Source: Candidatus Nomurabacteria bacterium
GTDB taxonomy: Bacteria > Patescibacteriota > Minisyncoccia > Phycocordibacterales > CAIJYI01
Direction: 5' to 3'
Assembly (NCBI GenBank): GCA_943356445.1
Contig: CALREZ010000001.1
Span: 15,818 to 79,817 of the forward strand
DNA length: 64,000 nt
Shown one piece after another: positions 9,928 to 19,769 of the stretch. Positions within the stretch are counted from its first letter, which is position 1; every line of letters begins with the position of its first letter. The notes beneath the pieces are model-generated. The model had not been told where the DNA came from. It saw only the letters and a list, made by a program, of their open reading frames with translations, and did no database searches. The translations under genes and the position numbers were made by a program.

Positions 9928-11808
9928 TTGCTTAAATATATGTGCGGTATAACCGGATTCATTGGACAAGGAACAAAAGGCGACCTTCTTAAGATGGTCG
10001 GTTCTTTAACGCACCGCGGGCCGGATGATCAAGGGGTTTTTTTTGAAAATGGCGTAGCTTTTGGTCATACTCGTCTTTCCATTCTTGATCTTTCACCGCT
10101 TGGACATCAACCGATGTTTTCTCAAGACCGGAATACGGTTCTCGTTTTTAATGGAGAAATCTATAATTTTCAAGAACTCAAAACCGAGCTTTCTCTGGAC
10201 GGGCATCTTTTTCAAGGCGCTTCTGATACCGAAGTGATACTTGCTCTTTACGAGAAATATAGAGAGAAAAGCTTTGAAAAAATGCATGGGATGTTCGCCA
10301 TTGCTCTCTACGATAAAAAGAACGAACGCCTTATTCTGGCGCGTGACCGAATGGGGAAGAAACCGCTCTATTGGTTCTTTTTGAACGGGACGTTCGCTTT
10401 TGCTTCAGAGATAAAGAGTCTTCTCATACACCCGGCTTTCAAGAAAGATATAGACCTTTTTGCGCTCAATAAATATCTCTTGTATGAGCATGTTCCTACT
10501 CCTCAAACGATTTTTAAATATGCAAAAAAACTGGAGGCGGGACAGTATTTGGTGTACGAGAAAGGGCGGATACGAAAAGAAAAATACTGGAAGCCCGATT
10601 TTACGGAAAGCGATATTTCTTTTGAAGAGACGCTGGTTTCTTTGGATAAAGAAATTGATTCCTCGGTAAAAGAACGAATGATTTCGGATGTTCCCCTCGG
10701 GGTATTTTTGAGCGGAGGACTGGATAGTTCCGCTATCGCTTACTATGCGCAGAAAAATTCTGAACAGAAAATAAAAACATTTTCCATCGGATTTGACGAA
10801 AAAAGCTTTGATGAGTCGGGATACGCGAGGCAAGTCGCGGATTTTCTGGGAACGGAACATTATGAGAAAAAAGTGAGCGCGCAAGATCTTCTTGATGTTA
10901 TTCCGGAACTGGCGCAAATGACAGACGAGCCCCTCGCTGATGCTTCCATTATTCCGACCTATCTCTTATCTAAATTTGCAAAAGAACAGGTTACGGTTGC
11001 GCTCGGCGGCGATGGCGGTGATGAACTCTTTGCCGGTTATCCCACCTTTCAGGCGGATATTTTGCGGGGATATTTCCCAAAATTTTTAATTTCTCCGGCC
11101 GAGAAAATTCTTCGCCTGCTTCCCGTGTCTCATAAAAATCTCGGCCCCGTATTCCAGCTGCTTAAATTTCTTGAAGGAGCAAAAGAAAAAGATCCGCTTG
11201 TTCGCCACCAGAAGTGGCTGGGAGCTTTTACCGATGAGGAAAGACAAGAATTGTTTGCACCAGAAAAATGGAAATTTTTGGAAAAAGGAAAAGCCGACGC
11301 GTATGAAGATCTTAAAACTTACGAAGAGGAGGCTAGCGGTGCAAGCGAGGGGACGAAACTTTTGTATTCTTATGAACGCTCTTATTTGATGGATCACGTA
11401 ATGGTAAAAGCGGATCGCGCAAGCATGCGCGCGTCCCTTGAAACACGGGCGCCACTCCTTGATCACAAATTCGTTGAACTTGCGAACCGACTTCCTTTTT
11501 CTTTTAAACTTCGCGGATTCACGACGAAATATATTTTGAAGAAGCTGATGGAGAAAAAAATACCCAAGGATATTATTTATCGCAAAAAGAAGGGCTTTGG
11601 CATACCGGTAGCCGCCTGGCTTTCCGGCGAGCTCAGGGAATTCTGTGACAATACTCTTTCGCGAAGCGCTATCCAAAACGCCGGATTTTTTAACTATTCG
11701 TACGTGGAAAAACTTAAAAAGGAACATTTTCAAAAAAAGAGAAATTACGCCAAAAAACTTTGGACTTTGCTCGTCTTTCAATTGTGGTATAATGCGTGGG
11801 CTAAATAA
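9928..11808 (+). CDS. asnB: asparagine synthase (glutamine-hydrolysing) / amidotransferase
   Basis: 626 aa. N-terminal MCGITGFIG (catalytic Cys2), an SGGLDSS PP-loop and the full AsnB architecture. Confidence 0.9.
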   Translation: MLKYMCGITGFIGQGTKGDLLKMVGSLTHRGPDDQGVFFENGVAFGHTRLSILDLSPLGHQPMFSQDRNTVLVFNGEIYNFQELKTELSLDGHLFQGASDTEVILALYEKYREKSFEKMHGMFAIALYDKKNERLILARDRMGKKPLYWFFLNGTFAFASEIKSLLIHPAFKKDIDLFALNKYLLYEHVPTPQTIFKYAKKLEAGQYLVYEKGRIRKEKYWKPDFTESDISFEETLVSLDKEIDSSVKERMISDVPLGVFLSGGLDSSAIAYYAQKNSEQKIKTFSIGFDEKSFDESGYARQVADFLGTEHYEKKVSAQDLLDVIPELAQMTDEPLADASIIPTYLLSKFAKEQVTVALGGDGGDELFAGYPTFQADILRGYFPKFLISPAEKILRLLPVSHKNLGPVFQLLKFLEGAKEKDPLVRHQKWLGAFTDEERQELFAPEKWKFLEKGKADAYEDLKTYEEEASGASEGTKLLYSYERSYLMDHVMVKADRASMRASLETRAPLLDHKFVELANRLPFSFKLRGFTTKYILKKLMEKKIPKDIIYRKKKGFGIPVAAWLSGELREFCDNTLSRSAIQNAGFFNYSYVEKLKKEHFQKKRNYAKKLWTLLVFQLWYNAWAK

Positions 11809-11810
11809 TC

Positions 11811-12548
11811 ATGAAAAGAGAACACTACGATATGATGCGTCAAACGGAGGATTTCCACTGGTGGTATCGTGTTCGTCGCGCTCTTATATGTCGTCTGGTG
11901 GCCTCCTATGCCTCTAAAAGGGGTTTTGAAGCGCCTCTTCGCATTCTGGATATCGGTTGCGGGACAGGAGGGCTTTTTCACGAATTGCAGGCCTTTGGCG
12001 AGGTAAAAGGCGTTGATTTTTCAGAGCGTGCCGTGGCATATTGCCGAGGACGCGGCCTTGCCGGGATTGCCGTTGCTGATGCGACAGCTCTTCCTTTTAA
12101 AGACGAGTCGTTTGACTTGGTTATTGCTATGGATATTTTGGAACACCTGAAAAATGATGCAAAAGGTTGTTCTGAAATAGAAAGAGTTTTGGTTCCCGGA
12201 GGAACGGCTATCATTACCGTTCCCGCTTTTATGTTTCTGTGGAGCGTTACGGATGTTCTTTCCGAACACTATCGCCGATATACGAAAAAAGGAATAGAAG
12301 GAGTTTTGAAAAAAACAGGAATGACCGTCCGGTATTCCACCTACTTCAATACTTTTTTGTTCCCATTTATTGCCGGAGTGCGTTTGTTTGTTAAATTTTT
12401 TCGAATCCCCATGCGTTCCGAAAACAACGTCGGCGGAAAACTTTCCAACCGAATTTTCCACGGGATATTTCATCTGGAGTCGCTTTTGATCCCCCACCTG
12501 TCATTTCCGTTCGGGGTTTCCATTTTAACTATCGTTGAGAAAAAATAA
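11811..12548 (+). CDS. class I SAM-dependent methyltransferase
   Basis: 245 aa. ILDIGCGTGGLF motif I and DLVIAMDILEHL motif. Confidence 0.75.
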   Translation: MKREHYDMMRQTEDFHWWYRVRRALICRLVASYASKRGFEAPLRILDIGCGTGGLFHELQAFGEVKGVDFSERAVAYCRGRGLAGIAVADATALPFKDESFDLVIAMDILEHLKNDAKGCSEIERVLVPGGTAIITVPAFMFLWSVTDVLSEHYRRYTKKGIEGVLKKTGMTVRYSTYFNTFLFPFIAGVRLFVKFFRIPMRSENNVGGKLSNRIFHGIFHLESLLIPHLSFPFGVSILTIVEKK

Positions 12549-13694
12549 TCAAGAGAGGCAAGAATAATATACCGCACGAGTTTTTTCTGCGGTTTTTTCC
12601 CACGAGTATTCTTCTGCTTTTTTATTTCCGAGCTGTATAAGTTGCGATCGGTAATTTCGGTCTCCGCAGACTTTTTTAAGCGCCATGGTAAGGGAAACTG
12701 GATCTGTTGACTCAAAGTATACTGCCGCGTTTCCCGCTATCTCGGGAAAACAGCTCGCATTGCTTAGTACTGCCGGACAACCGGAGGAGAGCGCTTCCAG
12801 TATAGGGATGCCGAAGCCTTCATACAGAGAGGGAAAAACAAAACACTCGGCGTGTCTGTAGAGATACGAAAGTTCGCTGTCATCCGCTTCTTGTCGTATG
12901 ACTTTATGTTCAATGCCGTGTTCTTGGATAAGTGACTTTTCTTCTCTGGTAAAAGTCCCTCCTCCTGCACAAAGGAGGTATAGATCTTTTTCTGAAAGAA
13001 GAGGTGCTGCCCCACGAATCATCACCGAGAAATTTTTGTAACGTACTCGGCTGCCGACGTAGAGAATATATCGCTTGGGAATTTTTGTTTTCTTCGGTTC
13101 AACTTCCCCGAAATTGGAGGCAAGGTGTACAACGTCAATTTTATCGGGAGCAATCCCAAGAATTTTAACGAGATCGTTTTTTGTATTCTCTGAAATGGCG
13201 ATAATTCTCATTGCTTTTTCCGTGAGGAGTTTTTTTTGTGGAGCCGTGATATTTTTTCCGATAAAATATTCGGGATATAACTCATGAATCATATCGTAGA
13301 CAGTAATGACGAATGGTTTTTCTTTAAGATAGGGAAGAAAGTATGGGTCGTAATGCGTAGGATGAAAAACATCAAAATCAGATGTTTCCAAAGCCCTTAT
13401 TGAAGTGCGTTTATTCGCGCGTTCTTTGAGGATGGCATACCATCTTTTTGCGGTAGCCGAATTTCTCAACATGACGCGAATGCGGGAGGGAAAACTTTTT
13501 TTATCCGCAAACATTCTGGTTGCTTTCGCGACTTTCGGATTTGATTTTATGTAGTCATTATTGGCATGTCTTAGGGCTATATCGTACGAATAGTCGGGAA
13601 TTCCCTCCGAATGGCGGGTAATCTCGGAAAAGATGTGCGAAGCCCCTCCAAACCGCTGGTGGCTCCAAATTTGGTGGTCGTAGAGTACTTTCAT
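12549..13694 (-). CDS. glycosyltransferase family 4
   Basis: 381 aa. FVFPSLYEGFGIPILEALSSGCPAVLSNASCFPEIAG is a GT4 signature. Confidence 0.8.
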   Translation of the reverse strand: MKVLYDHQIWSHQRFGGASHIFSEITRHSEGIPDYSYDIALRHANNDYIKSNPKVAKATRMFADKKSFPSRIRVMLRNSATAKRWYAILKERANKRTSIRALETSDFDVFHPTHYDPYFLPYLKEKPFVITVYDMIHELYPEYFIGKNITAPQKKLLTEKAMRIIAISENTKNDLVKILGIAPDKIDVVHLASNFGEVEPKKTKIPKRYILYVGSRVRYKNFSVMIRGAAPLLSEKDLYLLCAGGGTFTREEKSLIQEHGIEHKVIRQEADDSELSYLYRHAECFVFPSLYEGFGIPILEALSSGCPAVLSNASCFPEIAGNAAVYFESTDPVSLTMALKKVCGDRNYRSQLIQLGNKKAEEYSWEKTAEKTRAVYYSCLS

Positions 13695-14593
13695 CTGAAT
13701 ATTTTTTTTAACTTATTGATTATCCGTATCAAAATACATGGGTACATTTCTTTTTCCTCTATTCTTTCCGATTCTTTGGAAATTTCAATCGTTTTTGGGT
13801 GAATAATCTTGTTAAGAGAGTATGTTTTTCGTTCAGAATAAGGACTATTCTTCGTCGTGTGGGTAGCATCATTTCCGAATCCTATATTGCAAATTAAATT
13901 AACGGTCGGTGCTATGCTTAAACCGCCATTTTTAAATATAGTATAAACCCATCGCGCATCCCATGAATCCACTCGTTTTGAATACAGACGATCAAAAACA
14001 TCTAACCAGTGTTTCTGCATTTTAGGATTTTTAAAAATCCGCGCAATCTTTTTTTGTTTTTTGAACTCCGGATAACTTTCCATATCCGTTTCATAACGTT
14101 TCCACGCCCTCCTCCATGTGGCCCAGCCCCAAGTATGGCAGTGTCTTGTAAAGTAATAACTGGACTTTGTTTTTATTTTTTTATGCAATAACATATCGTT
14201 CCCCGATATCATCATTACCTCCTTTTTATTTTTGTATCGGTCAAGCAACTCATCGCAATAAGGAAAGAAAGACGGGTTAGGAAGGCAGTCATCTTCTAAA
14301 ATTATTCCTCTTTCAACATGGTCAAAAAACCAAGAGATTGATTGGTGGACACCTCGGCCGGTACCTTTATCTAAATTTTTCTCCGCATATTTTCGGTGAA
14401 CTTTGCATGGCCAGTCAATATTTTCTGTCACGGCTCGGGTTCGTCGGCATAGTTCGTTTTCTCCTGCGCGGTCTTCTCTCGGGCCATCCGCTGCGATAAA
14501 GAGCTCAGATGGCCGAGCTCTTTTAATCTCCTCAAAAACTCTTGTGGATACCTCTGGTCGGTTGAATATCAGAAACAGTATTGGGGTTTTCAT
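13691..14593 (-). CDS. GT-A fold glycosyltransferase, GNT-I-like (GT13-like)
   Basis: MKTPILFLIFNRPEVSTRVFEEIKRARPSELFIAADGPR resembles the N-terminal block of GlcNAc-transferase I-family proteins, and an ILEDDCLP acidic motif is present. Start set at the second Met so the gene abuts the downstream gene. Confidence 0.45.
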   Translation of the reverse strand: MKTPILFLIFNRPEVSTRVFEEIKRARPSELFIAADGPREDRAGENELCRRTRAVTENIDWPCKVHRKYAEKNLDKGTGRGVHQSISWFFDHVERGIILEDDCLPNPSFFPYCDELLDRYKNKKEVMMISGNDMLLHKKIKTKSSYYFTRHCHTWGWATWRRAWKRYETDMESYPEFKKQKKIARIFKNPKMQKHWLDVFDRLYSKRVDSWDARWVYTIFKNGGLSIAPTVNLICNIGFGNDATHTTKNSPYSERKTYSLNKIIHPKTIEISKESERIEEKEMYPCILIRIINKLKKIFR

Positions 14594-14597
14594 AAAA

Positions 14598-15398
14598 TTA
14601 TTTAATAAGATCGGCAAATATATTTCCTTTTTCTGTTCTAATAGGATCTGGCCTGTATTCTTTGGGTATTTCTTTTGAGGTGCTTTTATTTCGGCTATTG
14701 AATAACACCTTGTTGTATCCTATCATTTGAGCAATTTCATCTAAAGAGTTTGGAGTAAATAAATTTCTGTGTCCATGGTTGTTCCATTCTCCGGCATAGA
14801 CACCTAAAACACCTTTTTTAAAATCGGAATACCTTTCCATGGAGGCCAAGAGGTTTGGTGTGTTGATACGATGGATTGAATTGGGTTTAAGAACTCTGAA
14901 AGTTTCGGCTAAAAATAAGATTTGTTCTTTTTGTTCCAAATGTTCTATAAAATCTTCATGGAAAATAACATCAACGGAATTGTCTGGGAAGGGTAATCCA
15001 GTTTTTGTAATGTCAATGGCAAAAAAATCGTTTTTGTCGCCACGAATAGCTTCTGGATAGTATTCATTTGTATAACTTTTTAGATGGGGTTCAGCAGGAA
15101 CAAAGTGCAAATCTATGTTTATCCATCCTTTTAAAACTCTCGGACCGCAACCATAATGTACCTTTATCCTGTTGTTTTTTATATAAGATTTAGCTAGCCG
15201 GGCATATTCCTTTTTTCTGAAGTTATTATTTTTTTTAATTTGATATCGTTCGAAAAAATTAACTTTTTGTTTAATTTTTCTCAAAGTGATTAAAAGAAAA
15301 GGGTATATTTTTTTGTAATCTGTGCTTGGATGTTTAAGGAGATGAATAATTTTTTTGAGCATAAGTCTTTTTCTGTTAGGGTGAATATATGGTATCAT
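14598..15398 (-). CDS. putative SAM-dependent methyltransferase
   Basis: 266 aa. VHYGCGPRVLKGWINIDL is a glycine-rich methyltransferase motif-I pattern seen in LPS-associated methyltransferases; the rest was not recognised. Confidence 0.45.
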   Translation of the reverse strand: MIPYIHPNRKRLMLKKIIHLLKHPSTDYKKIYPFLLITLRKIKQKVNFFERYQIKKNNNFRKKEYARLAKSYIKNNRIKVHYGCGPRVLKGWINIDLHFVPAEPHLKSYTNEYYPEAIRGDKNDFFAIDITKTGLPFPDNSVDVIFHEDFIEHLEQKEQILFLAETFRVLKPNSIHRINTPNLLASMERYSDFKKGVLGVYAGEWNNHGHRNLFTPNSLDEIAQMIGYNKVLFNSRNKSTSKEIPKEYRPDPIRTEKGNIFADLIK

Positions 15399-15451
15399 GG
15401 TAAGAAAAGCGGTGCAATTAGACGCTTTTGACGGTTTGTCAAAACTATTTT

Positions 15452-16570
15452 ATGAAATTTGTTTATCTTACTTCAAAAATTTTCCCCGCTTCCACTGCCG
15501 ATCATTTTTTTGTGCTTCAGATGGCGCGAGCTTTTACTTCTCTTTTGCGCGAGGATTTTTTGTTGGTTGTCGGGGCTGAACATAATGATGAACTTCTCGG
15601 TATTCCGCATTATTCTTTCAATCTGAAAATGAGAAGAGGGAAGCGAATTTTCATTTTTTTCAAATTTTTATTCGTTGTTTTTACGAGAAAACTTTTTACT
15701 AAGGATACGGTGTTTTTCACTAACGATCGTTCCTTGTTGCGAATACTTTTTTTCTGGAAAAGTATTTTACATTTCAAATATCGCGTGGTCTCGGATTGGC
15801 ATATGCTCCGCGATGACGAAGAAGAGGCGGATATTATTAAAAATAGCGACGGGCTGGTAACAACAACGAAACACCTGAAAGACCTCGTAGTAAGCCGTTT
15901 TGAGGTTCCAGAAGCCAAAATACTTACCGCTTATGGCGGTGTGGATATTGATATGTTTTCAAAAGTAACGGAATCGCCGGAAACGTTGCGAAAACGTTTG
16001 GGTTTGCCGATTTCCGATTTTTTGGTCGGGTATGTCGGATACTACAAAACCATGGGAATGTCAAAGGGCTTGGATACTATGATGGAAGCTTTATCTCTTA
16101 TTTCTGATAAGACGGTAAAGATGGTCTTTGTCGGAGGAGGAAAAGAAGACATTGAAGAGTATTCAAACTTTGCCAAAGAAAAAGGCGTGTTTGATCGAAC
16201 GATATTTATTCCGGTCGTTTCGCCAGAAGCATTGGCTTTTTATGAAAAGGCGGTTGATGCTCTTGTTATTCCATATCCGGATAAACCGCATTTTCGCGAA
16301 TATGGTTTTCCGATGAAAACCTATGAATATCTTGCGGCAAAGAAACCGGTTATTTATTCCGATCTTACGATTATCAGAGAAGTTCTTTCGGATTGCGCCA
16401 TCTCTTTTAACCCGGGAGATTCAAAAGACTTGTCTGAAAAAATACTTGAAATAAAAAACGATCCGGCGAAAACAAAAGAGATGATTTTGCGAGCTTATAA
16501 AAAAGCCGAAGACTCTTCTTGGAAAGCGCGCGCTCAAAAAATCATCACTTTTTCAAAAGACATTTTATAA
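15452..16570 (+). CDS. glycosyltransferase family 4
   Basis: ATG at 15452 (MKFVYLTSKIFP). C-terminal EYGFPMKTYEYLAAKKPVIYSDL is a GT4 motif. Confidence 0.75.
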   Translation: MKFVYLTSKIFPASTADHFFVLQMARAFTSLLREDFLLVVGAEHNDELLGIPHYSFNLKMRRGKRIFIFFKFLFVVFTRKLFTKDTVFFTNDRSLLRILFFWKSILHFKYRVVSDWHMLRDDEEEADIIKNSDGLVTTTKHLKDLVVSRFEVPEAKILTAYGGVDIDMFSKVTESPETLRKRLGLPISDFLVGYVGYYKTMGMSKGLDTMMEALSLISDKTVKMVFVGGGKEDIEEYSNFAKEKGVFDRTIFIPVVSPEALAFYEKAVDALVIPYPDKPHFREYGFPMKTYEYLAAKKPVIYSDLTIIREVLSDCAISFNPGDSKDLSEKILEIKNDPAKTKEMILRAYKKAEDSSWKARAQKIITFSKDIL

Positions 16571-17561
16571 ATATCTTTGAAGTGTCCATATATTTTTTCA
16601 CTCCGCCGATTCTGAAAAGAGGGGAGGAAAAAAATAGGACAAAAACGGGAACTCCCCCTGAAGCGTTCATTCCGCAAAGGGTTCGCCATCTTTCATAAAT
16701 GACTTTATCAAGAGCATCCGTTTTGTATATTTTGGTTTTTCTATTGGCTTCTAAAATTTTTGTCAGCCATTTTTCTTCTCTTTTCAGAAAAAGAATTGCC
16801 GGTTCGTTTTGCGCGGGTTTGAGAGAATTATGCAGGCGTTTTTCTTTGTCGGTTTGTTCAATGTCTAATTTTTTGAGCATTTTACTCCGAACGAGATAGG
16901 CGATATCCCATGTTTCTTGTTTGTGGGCTTGAAAAGCGCTGTCTGGGTGGATGCGATATCGCAAGAGGACTTTGGGGATGTTTGTTATGGGAAAATGTTC
17001 CAAACAACGAGACCAGAGTTCGTAGTCTTCACAGTACCGGATATCGGTATCGTAATTTAGATGGAATTTTTCGAAAAAGCTTTTTCGGAACATAACCGTC
17101 GGATGGGCAATGGAGGTGTAAAAAAGCATGTTGGCGCGAAGGTTATCGGGGTCGGTCGGTACTTTATCCACGACTGATTTTCCTGCGCCGAAAGTTCTGT
17201 ACCATGATCCGCATAATCCGATCTCGGGGTGCGCGTCCAAGAATTTTACCTGTTCTTCAAAACGATTGGGGAGACAAATATCATCCGCATCCATTCTTGC
17301 AATGTATTCTCCTTTTGAGAGATTCACTCCGTCAAAAAGATTTTTTTGCAGCCCTATATTTTTTTCGCGATCAATAAGACGAATTCTTTTGTCGTCATAA
17401 TTTTTTATGATATCAAGGCTTCCGTCGGTGGAAGCGTCGTTCATAATAATGAACTCAAAATCTTTGAAGGTCTGACTCAAAACACTCTCTATCGTGTCAC
17501 GGAGATATTCTTCGCTGTTGTACGCCGACATAACGACGGATATTTTCGGGCTGTTGGTCAT
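16545..17561 (-). CDS. glycosyltransferase family 2
   Basis: KISVVMSAYNSEEYLRDTIESVLSQTFKDFEFIIMNDASTDGS ... RMDADD are GT2 motifs. The internal Met (MTNSPK) was chosen so the start overlaps the upstream stop by 4 bp. Confidence 0.8.
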   Translation of the reverse strand: MTNSPKISVVMSAYNSEEYLRDTIESVLSQTFKDFEFIIMNDASTDGSLDIIKNYDDKRIRLIDREKNIGLQKNLFDGVNLSKGEYIARMDADDICLPNRFEEQVKFLDAHPEIGLCGSWYRTFGAGKSVVDKVPTDPDNLRANMLFYTSIAHPTVMFRKSFFEKFHLNYDTDIRYCEDYELWSRCLEHFPITNIPKVLLRYRIHPDSAFQAHKQETWDIAYLVRSKMLKKLDIEQTDKEKRLHNSLKPAQNEPAILFLKREEKWLTKILEANRKTKIYKTDALDKVIYERWRTLCGMNASGGVPVFVLFFSSPLFRIGGVKKYMDTSKIFIKCLLKK

Positions 17562-18052
17562 AATGAGAGAGTATCCAGTATTTTCATCGCGATGTCCAGA
17601 CGGTCGGATGGAATGAAAAGGGAACACTTAAGACCCGCTTTCATTCCCATTTCAGTGTCTTTTTGCGAATCGCTTATTAAAATGGAACTTTCCATGTTAA
17701 CGGAGTATTTTTCTCGGGCTTGATTGATAAGCCCCGGTTTCGGCTTTCTGCATTCGCAGGAATTTTCTTCATGCGGACAGAAGAGTATTTCCAGAATATC
17801 AATGCCTTTTTGTTTAAGCGTATCCTCCATATATTTGTGAATAATGTTCAGATCTTTTTCCGTCATTATTTTTCTGGCAATACCTCTTTGGTTGGTGATA
17901 ATGATTATTTCAAAACCAAGATTTTGGAGTCGGCGCATCAGATCAAAAATTCCATCATTCCAAATAAAATTTTCAACACTCGTAATATATTGGTGTTCTT
18001 CCGCTTTTTTATTAATGACCCCGTCTCGGTCAAAAAAGGCGATTTTTTTCAT
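17558..18052 (-). CDS. gmhB: D-glycero-D-manno-heptose 1,7-bisphosphate phosphatase (HAD-IIIA)
   Basis: 164 aa. MKKIAFFDRDGVIN (DxDGT-type motif I) and CECRKPKPG are typical of GmhB/histidinol-phosphatase-like HAD-IIIA enzymes. Confidence 0.75.
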   Translation of the reverse strand: MKKIAFFDRDGVINKKAEEHQYITSVENFIWNDGIFDLMRRLQNLGFEIIIITNQRGIARKIMTEKDLNIIHKYMEDTLKQKGIDILEILFCPHEENSCECRKPKPGLINQAREKYSVNMESSILISDSQKDTEMGMKAGLKCSLFIPSDRLDIAMKILDTLSL

Positions 18053-19041
18053 TATTCGTGATGTTTGTGGATGAAGAGTACTCGGCTTCCCTCGGGTTCA
18101 AAATTAATCGGCATTTCTTTGTATTTTTTGAGCGCCGATTTTATTTTTTCGTGATTGCTTTTTGGGGCATACACCATAAGGAAACCGCCGCCGCCCGCTC
18201 CCAGAATCTTTCCTCCTTCGGCGCCATTTTTTATCGCGATGCCGTACATGGAATCAATTTCTCCGTTAGAAATTCCTCCGTTCAAAGATTTTTTCAAAAG
18301 CCATGCCTCATTCAGCATTTCCCCAATCTCTCCCGTTTTATTATTTTCTATCGCCCTTTTTAACTCGTGCGCCATCTGCGCCATTTTTTCAGTATTTTGG
18401 AATTTTTGTTTGTCGCTTAATCCCTCAATTTGATTTTTGAGAAGGCTTCCTGTCTGACGAGTGATTCCCGTATAAAAAAGCAGTAAAGAATCTTCCATTT
18501 TCTTTAACGTTTTTGAAGAACAAATAACGGGGCTGACGGAAACGTGTCCATTGGGGGCGTATTCTATGAATTTCATTCCCCCATAGCTTGCGATGTATTG
18601 ATCTTGCTTGCCGATAGGTTCCTTCAACTTTCCGATTTCTATTTGGCATGCCTCATCTGCTAGCTGTTCTTCTGATACGGTTTTTCCTTGGTAGGCGTAA
18701 AGCGCTTTTAAAAGGCCTACGGTGAAGCTGCTGCTGGAACCGAGGCCTGTACCCTTAGACGGTATATCCGCAATAGTGACAATCTCAATTCCTTTGTTTA
18801 TTCCGACGTGCTTCATACAGGCTTTTGCTCTGGTATGCTCCAATTTTTGAAGAGAATCCACCATTTCGGTTTGAGAATAGCTGACGCGAATTTTTTCATC
18901 AAATTTTTTATTCAGACAGACATAGACATATTTTTCTATCGCTGTGGAAAGCGTCGCTCCGGGAGATCTTTTATAGAACTGAGGGATATCGCTTCCTCCG
19001 CCCATAAAACTTATTCGCAACGGTGTTTTTACGATAATCAT
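18052..19041 (-). CDS. hddA: GHMP kinase, D-glycero-alpha-D-manno-heptose 7-phosphate kinase-like
   Basis: 329 aa. N-terminal KTPLRISFMGGGSDIP and the GHMP ATP motif PSKGTGLGSSSS; located in a heptose operon. Confidence 0.7.
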   Translation of the reverse strand: MIIVKTPLRISFMGGGSDIPQFYKRSPGATLSTAIEKYVYVCLNKKFDEKIRVSYSQTEMVDSLQKLEHTRAKACMKHVGINKGIEIVTIADIPSKGTGLGSSSSFTVGLLKALYAYQGKTVSEEQLADEACQIEIGKLKEPIGKQDQYIASYGGMKFIEYAPNGHVSVSPVICSSKTLKKMEDSLLLFYTGITRQTGSLLKNQIEGLSDKQKFQNTEKMAQMAHELKRAIENNKTGEIGEMLNEAWLLKKSLNGGISNGEIDSMYGIAIKNGAEGGKILGAGGGGFLMVYAPKSNHEKIKSALKKYKEMPINFEPEGSRVLFIHKHHE

Positions 19042-19049
19042 GTGTGTTT

Positions 19050-19769
19050 TTAGAAAATGAGATTCTTTATTTCGTTCTGCGACTGTTTGTATGTTTCCGG
19101 CGTGCCCACATCAAGTAGAAATTCCGACATGAGGTATACGCGCATATCCTCGTTTCGTGAGAGGAGAAAAGGGAAGACATCGTGCCCGAAATCCAAGAGG
19201 TCTGTATTCATATTTGCCAAATACTGAAAAATGCTCTTATTCAAGACGTATATTCCCGCGTTCGCTTGATGGCTTATTATATCTTTTTCCGCGGGTTTTT
19301 CAATAAATTTTTTTATTTTTTTCTTTTCGTCAAAAACAATAATACCCTTTGAGGAAGGATTTTTTTCGTAATATGAGGCAATCGTGGCGATGCCCGCATG
19401 CGCTTTCAAAAGTTGAGAATAATTTATATTCGTGAGATTGTCGCCGTAGACGACAAAAAAGTCATCTTCGTTTTGGAAAAAATCGCGGTTATGAAGAAGC
19501 GTCCCGGCGCTTCCGAGAAGCGATGGCTCGTAGGCGAGCTTTATTTTTATTTCCGGATTCTTTTTTGCATATTCTTCAATAAACTCTGAAATTTTATCCG
19601 CGAGATAGTGAGTGTTGATAAGAACTTCATTTACTCCATGTTTTTGCAGAGAATTGAGATGGTAGGCAAGCAAAGGCTGTCCCGAAATGGGAACCAGTAC
19701 TTTTGGTATTTTGTCGGTGAGCGGGCGAAGCCGCGTACCGAATCCAGCTCCGAGAATCAACGCTTTCAT
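19050..19769 (-). CDS. hddC: sugar-1-phosphate nucleotidyltransferase (heptose 1-phosphate guanylyltransferase-like)
   Basis: 239 aa. MKALILGAGFGTRLRPLTDKIPKVLVPI is a nucleotidyltransferase N-terminal signature. Context with gmhA, gmhB and the GHMP kinase supports a GDP-heptose role. Confidence 0.65.
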   Translation of the reverse strand: MKALILGAGFGTRLRPLTDKIPKVLVPISGQPLLAYHLNSLQKHGVNEVLINTHYLADKISEFIEEYAKKNPEIKIKLAYEPSLLGSAGTLLHNRDFFQNEDDFFVVYGDNLTNINYSQLLKAHAGIATIASYYEKNPSSKGIIVFDEKKKIKKFIEKPAEKDIISHQANAGIYVLNKSIFQYLANMNTDLLDFGHDVFPFLLSRNEDMRVYLMSEFLLDVGTPETYKQSQNEIKNLIF

